From the NCBI GenBank assembly GCA_025786725.1, contig JAHLTZ010000019.1, forward strand, positions 1 through 64,000: a DNA stretch of 64,000 bases. Reading direction: 5' to 3'. The position numbers were made by a program, and so were the translations under genes. The notes below the pieces were generated by a model. It saw only the letters and a program-made list of their open reading frames with translations, had not been told where the DNA came from and searched no databases. The DNA is from Syncephalis fuscata S228. Lineage: Eukaryota; Fungi; Zoopagomycota. Positions 14,347 through 27,252 of the stretch are shown here, piece after piece. Each line of letters starts with the position of its first letter. Position 1 is the first letter of the stretch.

Positions 14347-15170
14347 TTATTGAGGCTTTTTAAATAAATCCTGAACATGTGGTGCTTTTGTTTTACATTT
14401 CCAGCATTCAAATCGTGTATTGCGATTAGATGCATTGCATTTCGTACAGTTCCAATCATGTCGGGCACTGATGTTACAGCACGGGCTGTACTATCATAAG
14501 GTACCCCGCACTCTCGACAATTAATACGGCTAATGTAATTATGGCTGCCACAGCCGCCGCATAGCCAATCGTGGTTACGCTGTCTAACGAGCCTTGATTG
14601 CGTTTCTTCTGTGTCACGCATCTCTTGCAAGCGATTACGCGGATACGCACATGCTTCACACTTTGAATAGGCAATATGCGAGCTATGTTTGCACTCACTG
14701 CAAGTCCAGCGATCCGGCATGGTGCGTCGAACAGTTCTAGCAGAGCTAGACATAGCATATCTATGGCTATCGCTTACCGACTTTTCTGCTTTACAGCGTA
14801 AGCATTGCTGACGTGAACTAAAGTTTTTAAAGTTGCAGTCTTTGCATACCCAATCGTGGTCATACTTCTTAGAAGTGTTATTTCCCGGTTGGCCGCACTC
14901 CCAACATGTAGTTCGGCGAGCAAAGTTATGGGCATCGCAGCTTGGGCAATTCCAGTCATTTGGTTTATATTCAGTAAAATGGCGTTGACTCTGTGCCGAT
15001 AAAGCAAGTCGTTGAGCAAAAAACCCAATCGCAGGCACAGAAAAGCGCGCATTCAATGCTGTTGACGCTGTTCGTTGAATTATGCCAGCCAAGGCCGTAC
15101 CAGCATTATTGCTATACGATCTGGCCTGTCTTACTGACACTATGGCAGTGCGAAGAGTAAAACGATGCAT
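14347..15170 (-). CDS. Intronless protein with five RanBP2-type zinc fingers and a mitochondrial presequence; frameshift at ~14461 before finger 5
   Basis: W-x-C-x2-C-x3-N-x6-C-x2-C motifs: DWNCPSCDAHNFARRTTCWEC, DWVCKDC.., RWTCSEC.., DWLCGGC.., and after the shift DWNCTKCNASNRNTRFECWKC. Confidence 0.88.
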
Positions 15171-15719
15171 TGCGTTCGGAATAAAGTCTAGCCAATAAAG
15201 AAAAAAGAAAAATATTAAATCGTAGGTACAAGTAAATATTGTGAAAACAGCAATATTACGCTGTGACATTAGACAGAAAATAGTGTACACCGGTAATACT
15301 AGGATTTGATTATAGTATTAGTAGTATTTGTTATGCACTCTATCTAATAAACACTTTAACTAATTTAATAAATTGTATTAAAATAGTTTATATGGATGCG
15401 CATTCTCTGTAATATGGATTAGATCAAGAGTTAATTCACCACTGCCATGGTTGGTATTTTATGATCCAATATTTACCAACTGAACAGATCATAATGCAAC
15501 TCCAAAATACAAAAACAGCAAGGGGATATCACTTAAATACGTAACCGAACTGAGTATTTGTAAACAACATAGTATTAGTAATAAGGAGTATAATGAACCC
15601 GCAAAAGCTGGCGAGTATTTATAAATCATGCTTAGCCATGTAAAATATTATGTCATTTATTATTATTAAACAATTTATTAATTATTTAGTGTAATTCTGG
15701 GAGTCAAATAGCTATATTC

Positions 15720-16220
15720 AATAACATCGCTCAATTAAACTAAATATTAATCTATTAAACATAGAACTGAATAGTGAGTGACATTAGCCATGAAAATACA
15801 AATTATTATAGATTTATTATTTAGTATGCATATATTTTCATCCGTTTATATTATTTCAATTGTATATTTATACTACTATATATACTCTATGCTATATTGA
15901 GTACATTTTATTTGTTATGGGTCTTAAACACATATGGCTTGCTGAATGAATAAACAAAACAAGTCAAGCTTTATTAATAGCAAAACTAGCATCAAACTGG
16001 CAGCATTTGTAGATAACGCGTAGACAGTATATAATATAATATATTATAGCCAATATACAATGGAAAAGTATGAATAGCAGTTTATAGTTGTAGTGAATAT
16101 AGTTTAATAAATATACAATGATGAATATTCTGATTGCTGATGCCATTTACCATTCAGTTCATGTTTGATAGCTTGAATGTTGTTAAATATAATCATTTGA
16201 CCTTCTAATTATGATATAAT
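15720..16220. mobile_element. MITE-like non-autonomous element with imperfect ~37 bp terminal inverted repeats
   Basis: Reverse complement of 15752-15788 (gctaatgtcactcactattcagttctatgtttaatag) resembles 16136-16171 (gctgatgccatttaccattcagttcatgtttgatag); near-identical copy at 31256-31715. Confidence 0.65.
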
Positions 16221-16895
16221 ATTAGCTAATAAAAGTAACAGAAATAAATAAATTACAAATAGGATTGTTAAAAAAGATAGTGCGATTGTAATTGCATTGA
16301 ATATAGTTGCAGTATGTTAAGAGTAATACAATACCTAAGTATCTGATTACAGATAGTTGCATTCATTTAGCATGACGAATAGGGCAATGATTATCTGACT
16401 CCACTCATACCATTTTACTGGATTGGTGCAAAACGATGCCATGTAATCAGTTAGGCTATTTTAACTGAAACTGCCGTCGATGCGTAATATTATAAATCTA
16501 CCTGATTATTCAGAAATAGTATAGCTGACCAGCCAGCCATTGAAGTATCATAGAGAATATAGCCAGAGTACCTAATACACTTTCATTAACTATTAGCCTA
16601 TTTTTATCAATACTTGTAAATATTTACGAGTAAAATTGCCTACAACGTACAACTGCTAAGGTTGTAATCGTATTATTAACATATGATAAAAGCTTTGTTA
16701 GTTGGCCTTGAGTAATATGTAATGGCTAAAACAGAAGTGCAGTATAATTCTGGTTTTTATGTATAAATACCAGTTTTAAATCCTCAGCATGCATTTAGTC
16801 TTGTAAAATAAATGGCTTCAGCTTCTTCTATATCCTTCATAGCAGCACTTCATTCATCGCACTATATACACACATCATACTACTTTAACTAAAGC

Positions 16896-17857
16896 ATGTT
16901 TGGCCGTAGTATTGCTTTAAAAATGAACATGTCGCATCATAATAGCACCAATCATTTCTACCCCATGGGTGCTTATGGGTACATAGAAACAAACTTTGAT
17001 AATCTAGAAACGATGCGAGCACATTTAGCATATATTTGGATACAGCTTATAATTCATATTATTATAAGCTATGTTCAAGTGCGCAACATTAATATCGCGC
17101 TTCGGCTAGTTATAGAACAGCCGCAAGCACTCGTAAGATGGTGCTGCTTGGTACCTTCAGCTTTATGTATTAGCATAACAATATTTACAATCATATTCGA
17201 CTTAAGCAATGTCTTTTATTTGGATGCACCAGCGCTTTATTCTGGATGGGCCATTCCTATCTGTATCATGTGCTACAATATAATTTTGCTGCAAAAAGCA
17301 TACATGGTGTCCCATAAAAGCTGCTGGGTACTTGTAATAGGTATAATATTAATTATCGTGGAAGTGGCAATTCCTGTTGTAATGTTAAACGCTACAGTTA
17401 TTGCTAATATTGATTTATTTCGTCGTGGCTTTTTTGCTTATCCAAAGACATTGATTGCAATGTGGTTCTGTGCATCTCTAGTCGTCAACCTATTCCTCTC
17501 ATCAATATTCAGTTACATGGCTTATAGGCAATATCGGATATTTGGTTCTAAAACCTGGAAGCATTTAGCTAACGATGGAACTCGATCCATGTGCCTTGTT
17601 ATATTCTTTAATACAATATGTGCCATTATAATGTTTTTTTGCAATATCTTGGATATTGTTACATTTTCCTATTTTATTGAATGGTAAGTTTAGCTAATTT
17701 TAGTATCTTACTTCGTATTGACTTGAAATTATTTTAGTTCAATATGTTCAATATTTTAATTGAGAACTGTCGCAAGACACGCAATACATTAGGTGATGCT
17801 AATCACCCAAAAACCGAAAGAATGCTTCGTATTTCGCAAATACCATCGCCAATTTAG
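16896..17857 (+). CDS. Orphan multi-pass (about 7 TM, GPCR-like) membrane protein, paralog of 4603-5578; intron ~17685-17737
   Basis: WCCL, 'ILLQKA', 'QYRIFGSKTWKHLANDG', intron after the same Trp codon, C-terminus HPKTERMLRISQIPSPI*. Confidence 0.78.
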
Positions 17858-18684
17858 GAAACAACAATATCGCTATAGCCAATCAATTAACCACTTATAC
17901 TATATCATAATCAACATGTTTATAACATTTGACAACTTTTGGCAATAGTTGCAATGTCTAATAAACTGAATTCGATGGTTGCTAAATGTTTCAATACAGG
18001 TGTCAATATAGTAAACAGATATTTACAAATGTTTAGACACATGGATTGGTATAAAGCCTTTATTTACATAATCTAACGAGCTAGCATTATACAAAAGGTA
18101 CGCACACACAACGCCATTCTGCGTTTTCTGGTATATTTGGAAACATATCAATTATAAGCACAATTCTATGTTATTATGCGTTTTATCACATACTAACAGT
18201 CATACATGATTACATCAAATATTTAGAAAGTATTTGAAAATATTAGCTAGTTTAAATATTTTGCTTTTTCTTGATGTTATCATTCTTGGTATATTATTTA
18301 ATTTGCATTGCATTTATCTAAACATCACACTAGTTGCACCAATACTAATTTGTGATTGAAAAGCGTATATGTAAACATTAAATTGATTATAAATAGTATA
18401 CTATATGATCAAAGCAACTCTGTCTATATTAGCAAATCTATGCGACACAACAAAATAGTAGAAATGTCGATAACCATGCCGTAGTATGCATGTTAGTAAA
18501 ATGAGCAAAATAAATCGGATTTTGCAACTAGTAAATTTAGCAACAAACGAGTAAAAACATAGAATACAGTATATTTAGAGTACACTATAATGACACAGTA
18601 GAATGAGTTTACAATAGTAGAAATACAATAGATAAAATATACATTCATACATAATAATAGCTTACGATAATAATCAGATTAATT

Positions 18685-18750
18685 CCTGATGCCATTTACC
18701 ATTCAATTCCATGTTCGATAGAACGAACATCTAGTTTAATTGCACAAATT
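18685..18750 (+). repeat. Isolated copy of the MITE terminal motif (a similar copy lies at ~2125-2195)
   Basis: 'ctgatgccatttaccattcaattccatgttcgatagaacgaacatctagtttaat' matches 16137-16171 and 2140-2178. Confidence 0.65.
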
Positions 18751-18874
18751 TAATTGTTTAATAATATTAAAATAAACAACTAATACATTATAATCATTAA
18801 TGGCTTCTAGTCTTTCATGAACAATGGATCTTTATTTTGTATATGTGCGTGTCTTAACATGAAGTAATTGGCTA

Positions 18875-20184
18875 TTAAAATTTGCCACCTTGTTCGATAA
18901 CACTTTGGCCCCACTTCTTTAGACGAATGCTTTGTACACGGATGAATCCTTCCGAGTCTTGTGGACTGAAGCCGCCCAATACATCCATGCTGGATTCCTC
19001 CATATCGTAGAGACGTTCGGTCTTGCTGGACCGACCCTCTACGATGGTGTTGCCCTTGTAAAGCTTAAGGCGAACTTCGCCGTTAACTGTTGCCTGGGAT
19101 GAGGCAATAGCCGAGGTAATAAATACGCGTTCAGGAGAGTAGTACAAGCCGTTGTAGAGGATCTTGGAGAACTCAACGGTCAAGTACTGGTCGCGCTGTG
19201 CACGCACTTCACGGTCTACCGTCAATCCTTCAAGATCAACGTGGGCAACGCGCAAAATGGTGCCTCCGGGTGTTTCGTAACAACTAGTTATGACGCATTA
19301 GTAAGTAAATATAATACTAATTCATATAAAATAAATAACTTACCCACGGCTCTTAATACCAATGAATCGATTCTCAACGATATCAATACGGCCAATACCG
19401 TTGCGACGGGCTAGTGTGTTAAGATAGATGAACAGATCAAGAGGATCGGTCACTTCAGTGCCATCGTTATGGTTCTTAACCTTAACAGGTAGGCCCTTTT
19501 CAAAGGTAATGGTAATACGTTCTGGTGTATTGGGTGCCTTTTCTGGATCAACGGTCAATTTCCACATATCCTCTGGTGGAGTGACGTCAGGGTCCTCAAG
19601 AATACCGGCCTCGTAAGAGATATGGAAAAGATTCTCGTCAGTCGACCATGGCTTTGATGGCGTCTGCGATACAGGGATCTGCTTCTCAGCGGCATAGGCA
19701 AGCAGATCGTTACGGCCTTGGAATCGTTCGTAGAAAGAAGCAACACGCCATGGCGCAATGACTTGAATGTTTGGCTGGAGTGCATAGTAGGCGAGCTCAA
19801 AGCGGACTTGGTCGTTACCCTTGCCAGTACAGCCGTGAGAAACGTGTGTGCAGCCTTCTTGGTTGGCCAACTCGATCTGACGACGAGCGATAACAGGACG
19901 GGCAAGCGATGTACCTAGCAAGTAGACGTTTTCGTAGATACAGTTGGCCTGGACAGATGGAAAGATAAATTCCTCGACAAATTCGCGACGCAGATCTTCA
20001 ACGAATACTTTGCTTGCACCAACACTTAACGCCTTGGCCCGTGCAGCTTCAAAGTCTTCTTCTTGACCAACATCAGCCATATAGGCCAACACTTCATAGC
20101 CTCTTCGATCAACCAGGCTAGAATACAGGAGGTATCAAGACCGCCCGAGTAGGCGAGCATAACTTTGCCTTTTGTGCCTGACAT
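18875..20184 (-). CDS. ARG1: Argininosuccinate synthase; one intron, frameshift near 20100
   Basis: '[16 protein letters not shown]', '[10 protein letters not shown]', '[16 protein letters not shown]', '[24 protein letters not shown]'. Confidence 0.97.
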
Positions 20185-20717
20185 GTTGTGAATCAGCGTA
20201 GCAGGAATAGCAGTGCAATAGACAAGCGTAAAGAGAAAAGATCCAGTGAAGAAGACGTAGTCTCACGTTTGGCTGTTGCGTGTGTGTATTTAACTGATTC
20301 GTTGATATGTTTCGGCCGATAAGATCATCAGTTTTTCTTTCTGGATCTAATTATTTATCCCGTTTTTGCGATCTATACGGCATCAAATATGACGTTTTTG
20401 GTAGAACGCCTGCATAAATTGGGGCAGTCTATTTGAGGTACTGTCTAAATACGATCATATACCACGTGTGATAGTATAGCAGTATATGTCACTCATATAA
20501 GCTACATAGTTATTATTAGTATTTTTAGTTTGTTATTGCTATATTAATAGATTAGACACAATACTAGCACATCAAATAATGATCAATAGTATAATAATTA
20601 TAGATCTATAGTAAAAGACCACATAAACAGAATAAAAGAATATATTGAATATTGAATATTGTAAATCTATTACTGTACTGGTTACCGAATGAAAAACGAA
20701 GAAATTGTACTAAAATG

Positions 20718-22113
20718 CTATGCTGCTAGACCCATGTCTTTCTTTTTCCAGCCGTGTAATATTTGTCTTTGATCGGATAGAGTAATACATTCAATGAAGG
20801 CGTAATGGTGACCATGGTATTTGATGGAATGGTTAGCCAGTCAGTTTTTTCAAATGTAAGTGGTTCTGAATAGTAATGAATTAGTAAATGGACTAGTCCA
20901 CAAAGTTAATAATAACTCACCCGAAGCAATAACCACAATGTCTTCACGTTTATCTGCTTTAATCTACAAGTCATAACTATTAATAAAATAGCTATTGGAT
21001 GTTTACCAATTACTTACCATGCGATAATGGCCTGGTTTATACGATTCAAATCGTGTTCCTGATGAAAAGTACAAAGAGGCACCTTCGTGTTTATCATCAG
21101 TGATATAGCGGGTACAGATAATAGTCTCGCCATCGGTTACGGCAAAGTTCATCAATGAAATCTAAATAAAATGATAAGTATACGTTATTTATTAAACATG
21201 GCTAGTAACTTACATCAACAATACCAGCATCATCGAGCCATCCATTAATCAAAGCAATAGTGCGTAGCATAGCTTGTTGGAGAACTTCAGGTGTAAATGA
21301 ACCATTAAGAGGATCCTCCAGCTAATACAGCAACAATATTAGTACCCACATATCAAATGCATTATAATAGCTTATTACCTGATTTAAGAAAAGTGCAAAT
21401 GACCACTCAGAATCGGTGTTGCCTTGAACAAAGTTGTACAGCTCATCGCGTAGACTAGCCTGTAAATGTCGTTTAATAGTATTAAACTGGGCAATATTTC
21501 CATTATGCATCCACATTAGACGGCCATATTGCCATGGATGGCCTATATACAATGTCAGTCAATAGTATCAATAATACTGATATAACTTACAATTTGCTTC
21601 CGATGATGGAAATCCACCGGTAGATGCTCGAACATGACCAAATACTAATGGACTATAGATCTTTTCAGCCAATCGTGATAAATTTATATTATTCCATGCC
21701 GGTAATACAGAGGTGAAAATACAAGGCGATTCACCTAATTTGTACGCATCATACCAACCTACACATATATGTATGATTAGTATATGAATGTAACTATACA
21801 ACCCGGTTAAATTAAACATCAAACTTACCAACACCAAATCCATCACCTAAATAAAGGTAAATGACACAGAATACATTTAAAGTGATCATTAGATAGTTTT
21901 AATAGTTTTGTTATTTACTTACCATTAATTGGTCTATGACGATCAATACGCAAGCGACAATCAAATGACTGATTGATAATTGAGTGGGCTGGCCGTGTTA
22001 ACAACTAGTGACCATTTATTAACAGGACTGCTTACAACCAAGTAGTTGGTTAATCAACATACCTCTGCAATAAGAATAGGCTCTCGGCCTTTGCATACCA
22101 AAAAGCGACACAT
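20718..22113 (-). CDS. DUG3: Class II glutamine amidotransferase of the glutathione-degradation complex, multi-exon
   Basis: N-terminal MCRF; 'LLTRPAHSIINQSFDCRLR', 'INGDGFGVGWY', 'PAWNNINLSRLAEKI.SPLVFGHVRA', 'MHNGNIA', 'GNTDSEW'. Confidence 0.92.
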
Positions 22114-23132
22114 GTTTAAACGAAATACAAGATGAGATGACAGTTAATGTGTATGTAGTCCAAGTAAAGAATGCAATGTCTTCAAGTTCAAATAGAAAGA
22201 TCAGACACAAATAAGAAGAAACTATGAGAGAATGCGCAAGAGAATAGGAAGCAGCAAATTTACCCACAAACAATGAAGTGGTTAAAGTAAATGGTAAGGT
22301 AGAGAGTAAAAGAAATAGTAAGTGGTTAGTTGGTTAAAGTAGCAGTGGTTGTGGTTGTGGTGATTGCAAAACAGGAATAGTTCAGACGAGTAGCGGAGTG
22401 TAATAATGGCAGGGCAGTAGTGGCAGTAGCAATAGAATAAGAAAAGGAGAAGGAAGAAAGAAGAAAGAAGAGAGAAGAACTTGGATAGTTCAAATGAAGC
22501 TTATACAAGTACGCAGTTCTTCTTTTCTTTCTTTTCTTTCTTTTGTAGCCTGTTCAAGATGGTGTTTGATACTTTTGGTGCAGCCACGAGTAGCATCGAT
22601 TGATGAATGACGCGATTGGGGAAGCGCGTCACGCAAACAAGGGAATTGCTAAAACTCGTGAACAATGATGTCAATTTTGGTAGCACATTAAAGCGACTTG
22701 CATTGCAGCTATTACGATCTTGTCTATTAATGGCCGACTGGACCACATGTACATATAACTATGGCATACTGTGCACTAAAAGATAAATAGTTGTATTAAA
22801 ATTGGACGGATCTATAATAGTTTAATATTTAAGTGGTTTTAATATAAATACTATTATTAATATGGAGCTATTGAACTTTGAATTCTTATCCTTAAAATGG
22901 GAACAAAAAGATCCATAACTCGAGTAATAAATCATCAATCAGTTTTTAATACTGAGAAGGGGTTTGTTGAAGCAGTGCCACATCAACTCCGATTGAATTA
23001 ATCAGTGCCAATTAATCAGTACTATTTCCAATATCCAATATCAGTGTTAATAAATGTTAAATAGTATTTCATGCTACTTACAATAAAATATTATAGTTTG
23101 ATTATGATGTTATGCAATAGTGTCGGTTGATT

Positions 23133-23530
23133 TCATATAATAATAGGTGGTGAGAAATCAGAAGGCCTTGATTCACCACTGGTTATTGTACTGAGTATAC
23201 TGCGCACGTTTCTGCTGGCATTAACATCACGCTGCCATACCGTACAACAGTCATTGTTTTGACAAACAAGTACGCTATGCATTGTGCTGCTGTGTTCTTC
23301 CAAATTTAAACCTGCCATCTCCTTTTTCTTGTATTTGAAACAGACTTTGATGTATTGTATTCGTCAATATCTACAATTACCAAAAGTCCTTGTCGCTCAG
23401 CAGTTTTGAGCACCTTTCTGCAACAATTGGCCAGTCCAGCAACCTTGCCTTTCATAGAAGTGGCAAATCGAACAGCTCCAAAAGTAATAAGTAAAATTTT
23501 ATCATCAAGTGGCTGTTTAATAAACGACAT
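23133..23530 (-). pseudogene. 5'-truncated, frameshifted Fanzor (eukaryotic TnpB-like RuvC nuclease) remnant
   Basis: One-base correction near 23345 gives ..FGAVRFATSMKGKVAG..VDIDEYNTSKVCFKYKK..HSVLVCQNNDCCTVWQRDVNASRNV..RPSDF: RuvC-II Glu, Zn ribbon, RuvC-III Asp. Confidence 0.8.
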
Positions 23531-25513
23531 TTATAATAACTATATTAATATTGATCTTACATCATAAATATGCTCAACATGCAATAGTAGAATATTAGAA
23601 AATAGAAAAGATTATTTAAACGCAAGAATCAATGCTGTACATAGATGCAACAACACATGCAGAATGACATGGAATCGATTGTATGGCTTCTATTGATATT
23701 CGATCAATTTGTCTACAAATGGTCAACACAATAATAATTGGCCTCAAGTGTTTCAATGAAATCAAACAGTATGGTACATTGTTTATTTAAATTAATTTAT
23801 TGACTATTTTAATAGAAGTAATATAACTATGTTGTACATCATAACGGTATGACTCTGATTGGAACGAATTTTACTTGGGGACTCAGATGTGGGAGCAAAG
23901 TAAAATGTAATCATAACTTTTAAATAAATAGTGTAACATATCATTTAATTTTTTTGGAACATTTAAGACCGATCATTGTTGGCCATATGTATGAAGATAA
24001 GTTGAATATTAGTAAAAGCCATATGCTTGATTCCATATCATTCCGCAGTCATTGTTGTTATTGTACTAATATATACATGCTATGTATTATTTCATTTTTA
24101 GCTTTAAATTTTTAGTACTTGTTAATTGAGTTAAATGAACTGCATCATCATATAAAATATTGTGTGTCATTTAACATTATTATACAATTTAATTAAATTT
24201 ATTGATAATAGTATAATTTGGATGCCAAATAATTATTTTTAATAATATGCAATTTACTGAACATGATGGTGGGTGGTGAGTGACATCAATCATCAAATAC
24301 TCATCATTGTAGGTCTATTGTCCAGTATGCATATACTATCACAGTATGTGTTATTACTATATATACTCGTCACTTTGCTTGATTAACACTAAAATCATAA
24401 CTAATTGACATAGTATAGTTTATTTATAAATAATCTTAATAAAACATAACTTTATTCATATTCATATTGTTTGTTATACCAATATAACTCAGTGAACAAA
24501 CTAATGCAATATTAATTTTATTAATAAAAGAGTTGGGACCATACCGACAACGGTCATAGACAGCGTATGGCTAATATATAATAAAATAATAAAATTATAC
24601 TAAATATCAATACTGAACGAATTAACAATGTTTAAGTTATTGAGCATATATGCATGAGCAGATGACGACATTAGTCAAGCTTTATTAATAATAAAACTAA
24701 ACAAAAATAAAGCAGTTTTAGATAGAGCAAAGCTAGGCGAGTATAGAATGATATTAGAAAAAGTTATTTATCCCAAATCACATTAAATGACTAATAAATT
24801 GTTTAATATAAAAATGTTATCTTTATTTAATTAATAAATAATGTAATATACACAAATCATAAATTGAATGGCATTGTACATAAACAGATGTCATTATATA
24901 GAACATGATATTGTAATTGACAATTAAACTTTTAAGCATTAGATCCAGTATATAAGCTACAGTGTTTATTGAATGTTAAATAAATACTTGTAAATAGATC
25001 TATTTTAAACTACGCCCTTGTACATATAATTAAATAGTGATTCACCAAGAGAAAAGAAAAAGTTAATAAAAAAGATTAGTATAAATGGTCATACCAACAC
25101 ACCACTTGAGTAAAATAAATGTTTAATATTATTGCTGATACAATGTTCTGTTACAATCAATTCTATTTTATGGAAATGATAATGTTATTACATTACATTA
25201 ATGTTTATTATGAATGATCATTTAAACACAAATTAATTTAATCAATTCGGCAACTATTTAAATCACTGCAATTGATTGCATAAAAAGATTTACTACCCTG
25301 GGGGTTTAAAGTGGATAATTAACCAACAACACGCTATGTACAAATAGAGCTGCAGACTTGTCCACACTCTACCAACAACTTATCTCTTTCTCATTCCATA
25401 GCCATATTCATCACCGACGCTCTCTACTTATCTCTTTTTACTTAGTGTGTGTGCGCTATTAACACTACACTTATTATCTATTATACGGCTCTGCCAACTA
25501 TCTAGTTTATTCA

Positions 25514-27073
25514 ATGTCGAACTCCACTACACAAGTACCACCAGTGTTTGCCCTTCGCTGCCAGGTGCAGCAATATGACTGGGGCAAGCTTGGTGCTGAT
25601 AGCAGTGTAGCCAAGTATGCAGCAGCAGCTCATGACACCGAGATTGATGCAGAAAAGCCGTATGCTGAGGTAAATAAAGCGTGTATTTACAGATGTCAAC
25701 TTGTCGTTTAGATAAGTGCCATATACTGTATAATATAATGAATAAATGGATAAATACGCGTTGATATTAATGTGATAACTAATTAGTCGTTTATTTATGC
25801 TATTAGTTATGGATGGGCACACATACCAATGCACCATCGAAGATACACGCACCAAATGCCACGACTATTCATGGTCAATTGTTAGGTGAACTGGTCAGCA
25901 ATCAAACGACAGGTTTGTTGACGGCTCCCATTGCCGAGCAATACGGAGACCTTCCGTTCCTATTCAAAGTGCTTTCTATCCGTAAGGCACTATCGATTCA
26001 AGCCCATCCAGATAAACAACTTGCTGCTGAATTGCACGCCAATCAACCTGATCGCTATCGTGATCCTAATCATAAACCGGAAATGGCCATTGCTCTATCG
26101 GAATTCGAAGCGCTATGCGGCTTTAGACCTGTCGAAGATATTGCTATGAATCTACAAACACCAGAACTTATTCGTCTTATTGGCGAGGCTACAGTAACTC
26201 GATTTGTTCTGGCTGCCAATGCAGATGATGAGGTGGACGATGATGATACTAGCGATCTTGTTGATGATTTAAAACAACTGGATCTAACTTCCCCTATAGC
26301 TGCTGCCGCATTGAATACCACTTCATCAGCAGTCAAGGATGCATTAAAGGAGTTATTTGGCAATTTAATGCGTAGTGATCCCGCTCAAGTTTCCGAGGCA
26401 GTTACTTCATTATGTGCCCGTCTATCACGTTCACCAGCAGCAACCGAAAAGGGCACACTTGAAGAATTGATTATTCGGTTAAATACACAGTTCCCAGGGG
26501 ATATTGGCTGTTTATGTCCATTGTTATTAAATGTAATTACACTTCAACCAGGCGAGGCATTGTATTTAGGGGCAAATGAGCCACATGCTTATATTTCAGG
26601 CGGTAAGTAAACAAGTATTAGTTTTTATATGTATCATATTAATTAAATTAATTCAATTAGATTGCATCGAGTGTATGGCGGCTAGTGATAATGTTGTACG
26701 GGCCGGCCTAACACCAAAGCTTATTGATGTTGATGTGTTGGTTAAAATGCTTACCTATACAACACGACCAGCTAGCCAACTATTACTTGTGCCGGAACAA
26801 CTATCAACTACTACACAGATCTACAATCCACCTATTAGCGAATTCTCTGTTATGTGCACGCATCTCGTAGGTGCTGATGCATCAGAAACCTTTTTAGGTA
26901 GACATGGTCCAAGTGTAATGATAGTAACAGATGGTACTGGCCGTATTAAAGCAGATACAGCTGAATTAACTTTAAATCAAGGCGAAGTCTACTTTATTCG
27001 ACCAGAAACGAAGATTACGTTGACTGCAACATCCGATTCATTGCAATGTTATCGTGCCTACTGTGAGCCATGA
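25514..27073 (+). CDS. PMI40: Mannose-6-phosphate isomerase (type I), 3 exons
   Basis: 'YDWGKLG', 'PYAELWMGTH', 'LPFLFKVLSI.KALSIQAHPDK', 'DPNHKPEMAIAL', 'HAYISGDCIECMA.SDNVVRAG'. Confidence 0.96.
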
Positions 27074-27252
27074 TTTAATTTACTCAATAAATAGATCATT
27101 GCATCAATAATCAATGTTATTATTATTAGTAGTATTATAGTATTCCTAGTATTGGTGTAAAATAAATAAACTATTTTATTTTAAAATCTAAAATGTTGTA
27201 AAATGATTTATTATTTCTGTATAGATGTACGTGCCACTTAAACAACATAATG

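Noticed and set aside
14202-14347. Apparent antisense overlap of the ZnF ORF with the GatA 3' end
   Set aside because: Caused by the frameshift at ~14461; the corrected ZnF gene stops at 14347, outside GatA
15964-16146. Near-identical 60-aa ORFs here and at 31459-31641
   Set aside because: Low-complexity translation of the MITE-like repeat, not evidence of a protein
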